64,000 nucleotides of DNA. Source: Malacoraja senta (taxonomy: Eukaryota). The stretch is taken from contig CM075987.1 in the NCBI GenBank assembly GCA_038087875.1, positions 22,630,001-22,694,000 on the forward strand. Direction: 5' to 3'. Of the stretch, positions 41,501-50,500 are shown one piece after another (within the stretch, counting starts at the first letter, position 1; each line of letters starts with the position of its first letter). A program made the position numbers and the translations under genes. A model generated the notes under the pieces. The model ran no database searches and was not told the DNA's origin. It saw only the letters and a list, made by a program, of their open reading frames with translations.

Positions 41501-44500
41501 CTAAAATTTCCCCTAGCGTGGAGGGAGTATATGTGAAAGTGGTATAACAGAACTACAGTGAATGGGTGATCAAGTGTTGGCATGGACTGTGCGGGCCAAA
41601 GGGCCTGCTTCTGTGCTGTATATTTCAATCAAAGATGAATGGCTGTATTGGAGGCTACAGCGTTCCCACTGAGATTTGTAACGGGCGGCCACTACTCCAC
41701 GTCCACAGGGCAGGAGCCCCACACTACCTGCTTGAACCACGCTACTCACCTGCTGGGACTGGGAGCTGAAACTGCTGCGCCGACTCCTCACACTGTGGGA
41801 GCTCAGCACACTGTGAGCAGAATGTTCGCTGTGCGTACTGCGCCGATCAAATTCATCGGGGTATGGGTCTCGTCGACTGCTTTCATCAAAGCTACTGTCG
41901 TATCGAGGGTCATACTGCCAGAGCTCTTCATAGCCATTCCGCCTAGTAAACAAAATGCAGACGGATTAATGTCTTACTCAAAGGAAGATGACCTGTAAGG
42001 AAACCGCTGCCATTGTCTATCACTGCACTCCAAGCTTCAGTGACTGGACAAGCACAAGTGCAATTCCTGATTTATGCTCATTTTATTGACAGGACCTGGA
42101 CTAGATCATGGCTTAGACAAAGAAAAGCAACAGAAATGAAGGTCAACAGTTGATGTTGGCACTGTTAACCTCATGAACTAATTTTAATGATGGGAAGGGG
42201 AAGTGAAATTGTCCAGTCATAATAACCCAGACATTCATGAAGTGGGGCAGGCATAATCAGCAAGATCATTTTTGTGACTGCAGTAGGTTGAATTAGAGCA
42301 GCAAATCTTAGCTCTTTCTCCAGAGAAACGCAGGTTGCCCCGAGACAGGAATGTACCCAGGCACGAGACTAAAGGGGCTGTCCCACTGTTGCGACCTAAT
42401 TGGCGAGTTTAGGAGAGTTTGAAAAAGTGTCATGTTGAAGACCTCCTTCAACCTCCTTCGACTATGTTGAAGACTAGCTTCGACTAGCTTTGGGAAAATT
42501 GGACAATGAATAGTGGAGAGTGAAGACTACCTCCTTTGATCTCCTTCGACTATGTTGAAGACTATCTATGACTAACTTTGACTACCCTCGATTACCTACG
42601 AATAACATGCTGACCTAATACAACCTACTTCGACTAAACCTACAAGTAAAAATCCATTAATTTTTTTCCATGGAGACTTTTTTTACTCGCGGGCATTTTT
42701 CAGCATGTTGAAAAATATGCCGCGACCTAGCTGAGGCCTCGAGTACGCGGGGACTACTCTCGAGCATGAAGGAGAGTTACAAAGACCTCCTATGACCTCG
42801 TGTCGACCATGCTGCGAGTACGAGTCGAGGTCAAACTCTTCTAAACTCGCCAATTAGGTCGCCGCAGTGGGACAGCCCCTTAACCTGGTGCACATTGCAC
42901 CCCACAATGAAATGTGGACATGCGTATGGGGTTTTGGGAATGAAACTCCAATGTAACCCGGGATCTGCTCCTAACACAAAGTCAGTATCTATAAGAGACA
43001 AGACTAAAGGCAAAAACTAAAAAATCAGCCACATTTTTTCTGAATTACGACTCTCCATATACCCCAATTCCCTTATCAGAGTGGTACAATTACAGGCTCC
43101 AAAGTCACTCAAATCCTAGTAGCTAAATACAGGCAGTTCCCAAAGCCTATTCAAAGCCGCTGCATCTACAAGCCAGACATGTCCATTTTCTGCAGTAAGC
43201 CTGTATCCCTCTGCAAGCACTTGGATAATTCTTTCATTTTATTGAATAATTATCCCAACACTCCCCATAATTAAAGTAATGGAACATAAACTGCACTCAG
43301 TCATTAAATGAAATATTATGTTATTGCTAACCTGAACAATGCTAAATGACAAATGGAAGTAGGGATCCCACTGCCCCTCATGTTTTGGAGGTATTTTGGA
43401 AATTCCCTTAGTACCTCACATGCTATTCACAGCTGGAAAAAGCCCCACATATTGAACCAAAATACAGAAACTTCAAAAGGAACACAAATCTGTTTAACAG
43501 ATTTAGTTTAGTTTAGTGATACGGCATGGAAACAGGCCTCCCGGCCCACCGAGTCCGCACCGGCCAGCGATCACCTGTACACTAGTTCTATCCTATACAC
43601 CAGCTCCACTAAATCAACTAACAATGGGAGAAGAGGAGCAGAGCAATCTCATATTCACCTGTCTCCATAGGGCTCCCGGTAGTAAGGTTCCCGTGCTTGA
43701 TAAGGTCCATAATGCCAGTATGGACGGTCATAATCTCTATAGTCTCTGTATCTGGGATCGTAGGCAGCCAGGTCATACCTCTCCCACTGAGCTGGGTCTG
43801 ACAAGAAAATACTTTAATAGCATAAAGTGTGAAACACAAAGGCACATTTTGAGAATTCATGATTTTGAAACACATCACCAGCTTAGTATGCCTCAAAATG
43901 CTTTACAACCATTGACTACTTTTCGCTGTGTTACTGCTACTATAGAGGAAACACGGCTGTCAATTTGTCCAGCACAATCTTCCACAAATAACAAAATAAC
44001 CAGATATTATTTTTGTTTAAATTTGATCAAGAAATAAATAATGGCCAGGAGATCGTGGGAAAACACCAATCTTCTTGAATAGTATTCTTAACATAAGACT
44101 GTGATGAGAGTACTGTGATGAGAGTCATTATTAACAAATCAGAGTTTAAAAAAACCTGAAACATCAAAAACATGCTCAGTTACCAGCAAGCAGCACTCTA
44201 ATCACAAGAAGTCAGCTAGTGCTGTATAAAACTGGCAAGCAACACTCTAATCACCAAATGAAGGTCACTGGGGCATCTGTTAAGACTATGGTATGTTAGG
44301 CAATCCTACAAACAAGAGTCCTCTGTTTGTCTCACTGAGGCAATAAAATAACTTGCAGAAACAGATTGTGATTCGACTGTGCGGCATTGAATCAGGTGGA
44401 ATAATTTAACAGTAAATGGAAAGAGCTAATGGGATAAACACTGGTGTGGGTCTAATGATTCAAACACCTCAGCTTTATTAGCAACATTCTACAAATGTAA

Positions 44501-47500
44501 AATGCCACATACAGTAGTCAACCCAGGTTAAATATTAACTAGTTTTGGTTACAAATTCCTTTTCTGGTTTTGGGCATAATGACAAAGTCAGCACTTCATG
44601 GTACAAAGTCAGCATTTATTGCCATAACACTGAGCAGATGCTTCAGAATCAACTACACTGTGTATACACCAGACTATCAACAAAGGCACATTCCTGCCAC
44701 TAAAGTAATAGGAATGAAGTTGACATATTTTTAGTGACAATCACCTTTTTAATAGAATATAAAACATTTGGATTATTTTTTTACAATATTCAAATGCTCT
44801 CACTGCTATCAGGAATTCAACTAATATCCTTGGGGAGTCCAAAATGTTGGTCTGGTAACATAACCAATATACTATAATCACTGGTAGCTCAGGTTATCGC
44901 ACAGGCTCAGTCTGAAGAGGAAAGAATATCCTCCCACCTTAGTGATGTGGTGACAACCTTAAGTAAGTGGTCCTGTTAGCGTAACTAGCCTGTTTCTATG
45001 CTATGCAATCCAATACACTCTTTATTAGGCATGAAGCGCTAACAGATAGACCTGCATAATATATTACATTGCATTTAGACCAAAGAATAGCCAGTTAGCC
45101 TAATAGGACCACCTACTCCACTCTAGCCTCATACCATAATTAGATGTACCAACATAGTCCTTTATTCCCTCCTTCCTCACCTTAAAAATATTTATAGAAT
45201 ACAATCAAACTATTTCTTCTGAATTCCCTTTTGAATTTCTTGACAGTACTGAGATGATACTGATGGTACTGAAGAACTGTCCTTCAAAAGGCCTTGTGGC
45301 ACTTTAGCAATCTGGTCTTGTGGCTTAGGCTGACATCATATCGTTCAAAAACACCAGATCTTTCTTAGGGACAGGATCCAGTTGATTATAATATTCCCAA
45401 GAGAAGAAATACAATTTTCAAACTCTAGGTTTAACCATGTCACAACATGGTGCACAGCCAAAAAAAACTTTCTGCAGGTTGACATTATCAGCCATCTTAC
45501 TTCACTGACCACCCCAGGCTCTCCCACAAAATAGAAAAGGTGTCCTTTTCTTACCTCTATACTGATATTGACCACTATAATAATCTGCATAGTAACCAGC
45601 ATAAGCCTCTTGTCCACTTCTTCACTGTAGGGGTCTTCAGTGTATCCTTGCCTGAGAAGATTAGCAAACAGAGGGAAAATGTTATTGAAAGTTTTTATGT
45701 GCTGCTAGTCCACACTGAGGATTCACATAAAGGCAGCAGAAACAACTGCTCCCGACAACAGGTTGCTGAGACAATTGATCTCATTCATTGCCGCAGCATC
45801 ACACAGATCAACAAATGGAGGGGTGGTCACGGGGCTAAGAGGATTGTAAAACCAACTGCCCAAAGTTAAACTGGAATTTAAAAAAAAAGTGAAATTAAGG
45901 GTTCCTAACAGAATGAGAGCAGATGCATAACATAGGTGGGGGAGGGTGGTAGCAAGAAAAAGAAATATCCAATCAATTTGACGAAGGGACTTTGACCTGA
46001 AACGTTACCCATTTCTCCTCCCTCTCTATATGGCTACAGAGTCATGGGCGTACAGGGAGTAGAGCAAAGGAATGAGTACACAACCCTGAGGGGCACCGGC
46101 ATGAAGGATCAGGGTGAAGGAAATGTCTAACTGACTGAGGTCTGCCAGTCAGAAAGTCCAGTAGGCAGTGTTGATGGATGCTCCAAGGCAAACCTACAGA
46201 AATTTGGAGATGAGTTATTCAGGCATTACAATGTTGAGGGAGATCTGTAATCAATGAATCACGTAATGTCATAGGCGTTCTTATTATCAAGCTGAATGCA
46301 ATGCCAGAGAGATGGCATTCTCCATCAGCCTATTTACATGCAAATTGCAAGTGGACTAGATTGCTCAGAAGACTGACGCAGATGTGAACCATTACCAGTC
46401 TTCCAAAGCACTTCACTATGGTCGATGTTAGAGCGAAGGGTGGTAGTCATTGAGTCAGGCCACTTTATTTTTCTTGGGGAATGGAATGATGGTGGGTTCC
46501 TTGAAGCAGATGGAACTGAAAATTATTAAGTGATAGGTTGAACATGATGGTGGTCGGTTGATTGGCACATTATTTCAAAACCCACCCAGGGACTCCATCC
46601 CAGGCCAGCTGCTTTCCAGACGTACATGGCAAGTCATGAAAGCACACAGAACAAAGAATAGTACAGCCCAGCAACAGGCCCTTCAGCCCACATGCTTGTG
46701 CAAAACACGATACATGAGCCTCTGACTTGTTTTGAAATTCTCCCTCGATATCATTGCAGAGATCAAGTTTGGCCAACTTGAAAGCTGGGACCTGGCCTTT
46801 AGCAGAGAGCAAATCTCCCTATTCATCCAAGGTTTCTGGTTAAAATGGCCCCTCGTTGACTTATTGATGTGCAGAGAAGGAATGCCAGGTTTGGAGAGCG
46901 CAATAATTAATGACTATTCAGTGATTGGAAATGATCCCAACTGCCTGCTCATCCTTCTAGGTAGTGGAGACCATGGCTAGTCAAGGTAACAAAAGTAACC
47001 TGTATGGGTATCAGATAAACCTGCAGGGGGGGGAGATTGCAACCTTCACGTGGTTCACCCTGTTTCAACTAATGCAATCAACCCGACGTGCACAAACAAA
47101 AGATCAAGTCAAGAGAGTTTATTGTCATGTGTCCCAGATAGGACAATGAAATTCTTGCTGCTGCAGCACAACAGAATATTGTAAGCATAAATACAGAACA
47201 GTTCAATGTGTCTATATAGCATAGACCATTATATATATATAAATAAACAGATAAAGTGGAATAGGCTGTTATAGTTCAGAGTTTGTTTTGATGGCGTGTT
47301 TAATAGCCTGATGGCTGTGGGGAAGTAGCTGTTCCTGAACCTGGATGTACCAGATTTCAGCTGATTGAATAGAACAAGTTGACCTACAACTTTAGGCTGT
47401 GCACGCCAAACGCAAGAAGAAGATGATAAACCTGCAGTGGGCTCAGTTACAATGTCCCACATTGGTCAATACATCGTTTGGTTGTCAAGATCATAATCCA

Positions 47501-50500
47501 CGAGGCGAGAAAGATCAGATTTAGGGAAGGGGCAAAACAAAGAAGCAAATTAAAACATTCTAAAACAATCCTAAAGAAATCTAATAGATGCATCAACTGA
47601 AAAGCTGTCATTAGCTACTAAGAATAATAAAAGGCTCCCTGTTATGAAGTGACAATGAACATACCTAGAGGATGGTCTGTCAGAGGATTGACTTGTTCTG
47701 GAGCTGGGTCGACTGGTCCTCTCCCTCTCTTGTTCCTTGGAACCTGCATTATTGGCATCCTGCCTGGCATACTGGACGTTGTAACGCCGGTATGGATCAC
47801 CCTGAAGAACAAGCACAATTTAAAACCTGGGCTCTGGCAACCAATCAAAGGTAACAAAATAAAACAAGTTTCAATTGGTTGATTCCCGACAAAAACCTTC
47901 GACCAACATCAACGAAACAGTTAATGACAGCATCTCTGAGTGCTCTGGCAGAACTTGCTTTGTGCAATTTACTGACCTGTTTGCTTCATCATAACATGCC
48001 CATATTTTAAGTCCCGCCGTACAGGTGCCTAAAGGCACGATGGGCAGTATGTAAATCAAGTTCCCTCTATTAGCCCCGTTCATCTCAATCCTGATCCTCT
48101 ATTCTATAGGCCTCAGAAATCAACACAGTGAGCATTTCTGACTATGCTTTGATTGATCACTCATAGTTGTAGCTTCTCCACACTGCCCAGCCTTGAAGCT
48201 GCTTCTTGAATCTCCCAAAACGCTCCCTCAATTCTCATTTGCGATGCCACCAAATGTTCCAGTTTCATGAAGCTTTTTGAACACCTCTTCATAAGTACCA
48301 GTGCCAAATTGAATATGATGCCCAGTGCGCCGCGAAGCATGTGCTGGGTGCGGCAGAAGAGTGGATGGTGTCAGAGGATAAAAGGCTACAGGGTGAATAA
48401 AATAAAACATAAACATGCCCCCAACCTACCCCACCACCTCCCTTGGTTATGAGCAACTTATTTAACTGCCGAATAAAGTGATAACTGGATAATGGTAAAA
48501 AAAAACACAAGCTTTCAGTTACCTGATAATATGGATGGTTGCCTCTGGAACTCATTGGTGGATAAGGCATCTGTTGACCAACTCTGGGATCCAGAGGTGG
48601 GTAGGATGGGTAAGGCACTGCATATGCCTGCTGAGGATCCGTGCTGTAATCCTGATACAGGTACGGATAGGGATAGCCGTAGCCCACCTGCGGCAGCCCC
48701 TGAGGTACGGCTGCTGCAGTGGCACCTCTTGATGCGAGGGCAGCTGGGAGGCTGCTGCTGTTGTTACAGGAGCCTGAGCCACTGATTGCTGCTGTGTGGC
48801 AGGCTGGGCAGAAGCCGACTCTGGGTACCCATAGCCCACAGGTGCGCCATGACTGCTGGCCGGCACTGAGCCTGGCTGATGCTGGTCAGAGTCATGAGCC
48901 GTGGGTGGGAGGGGCGGGGGTACTGCTTGTTGCCCCGTCATTGTGGCCATCGGCTGTTGCTGCTGTTGGACATCTTTGGTGACCTGCAGATAGAAACCTG
49001 GTTTGTCATTAATGCTGAGCCCTGCCACGTAAGTCTGGCAAGGAGGAAGGTGCTGTGTGGTATTATTAAGTGGCAGGGAAGTTAGCATTGGCGATGGACT
49101 GATTCGGTGGAGAGCGACGCAATGTGAAATCAAGCAGCACACAGTTGGCAGATGACTCAGGCTGATGAAAACCTGGATTTCTTACATCGTCTTTACTGAT
49201 GTCACTGCGTGGCTGAAGAGCGGAGGTCAGGGCAATTATGGTTGCGCCAGGTACTCGGTTAGAGGGGGGGCTGGCAGGGGTGCTCGTGTCCCTTGTTGGT
49301 GGTCCTCCACCTGCAAACCTTGGGTTGAGGTGACCGTCTGCAGCCAGATTGAGTGGTGTCTGGGCAGGTGGCAATCCGAGCGCAGTGGCAAGGCCAGCAG
49401 CTGGCGGTGCAGGGCTCGCAAAGGAAACGCTTTGGCCGTCGCCTCGATCTCGCAGAGGCTGGTCGGGGCTGGACTTTGGAGCAGAGGAACTGGTCTGCAG
49501 AGGCCGAGCGAGTAGCACAGGTGGGTTTGGCGCAGCCAGAGATGGCATCAGCAGCGTGGCATAGCTGGAACTTGCCTGGCCCTTGAGGGCTACACCTTCA
49601 GGTGCCTGGGGAGGATTCTCCATGTTGCCCACGAGCACTGGGTAGCTCGCTTCCTTGCTGCCATCTTGAGGAGGTTGGCCAACCTCAGCACAGGGTTCCT
49701 TGGCTGCTGTGGGCACAGCTGGAGCAGCTAGCGCCAGCACAATCCCAGCAGTGAAGTTCGGCAGCTCGTTCTGTGCCCACAGGGTGGCAGCTGGGCTCTC
49801 CGCTTTTGCACGGGCGCCGTGCATTCTCAAAGGTGTTCTCTTCTCTGACATCTCCGGCATGGGTGGCAACATATTTTCAGGAGCCCCTGGGCCTGCATAG
49901 AGGTTTGAGCGAGTGTGCGGGATTGTGATGTTTTCCAAGTTGTCGGGTAGTTGTTCTAGGTTGCCTGGGGAGATATCTGATGCAGCTTGCTGCTGCCCCA
50001 CAGTGCTGACTGCTGCCTGGCCGAGCTCCATCACCATGTTTGCTTGATCCACTTCCGCACCTTTGACTGCGAACTGTCCGTGTGACCTCACGGGCTCAAA
50101 CGAGCTGTTGGCGCTGGCTTGGAAGGTGGCCATCGGCTTTGGAGATGTTGGATTGGTGGGATGCGGCAACTGGCTGTAATACATAGTCCGCCCAGCACTC
50201 TCCGCCTCCCTGCCCGGATAGGAGGGGTCCTGACCGAGCGGGGAAGTGTCTATCTGCTCAAAGAAGCAGGAGGCGGCATCGGTCGGTGGCTTCCCGCTCA
50301 CCTGCTGGATGAAAGTGTTCGGCAGAAGTTGGGAGCGCCGCAGACTTGAGCCGCTGCTGTGACTGGTGCTGCTGTGGTTCGAGGAGATGCTGTCCGATCG
50401 CAGAGGGTGAGGTGTCACGTCCGGGGTCTCCTGATTCACAGGTGGCCCGCCTGCTGTTCCAATATTTTTGGTGACATGCTGTCCCTGGTTTGCCAAGCCA

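Noticed and set aside
42430-42650. Short recurring CTTCGAC units resembling a CRISPR-like array
   Set aside because: Irregular spacing, no unique spacers, inside a MITE in eukaryotic DNA.
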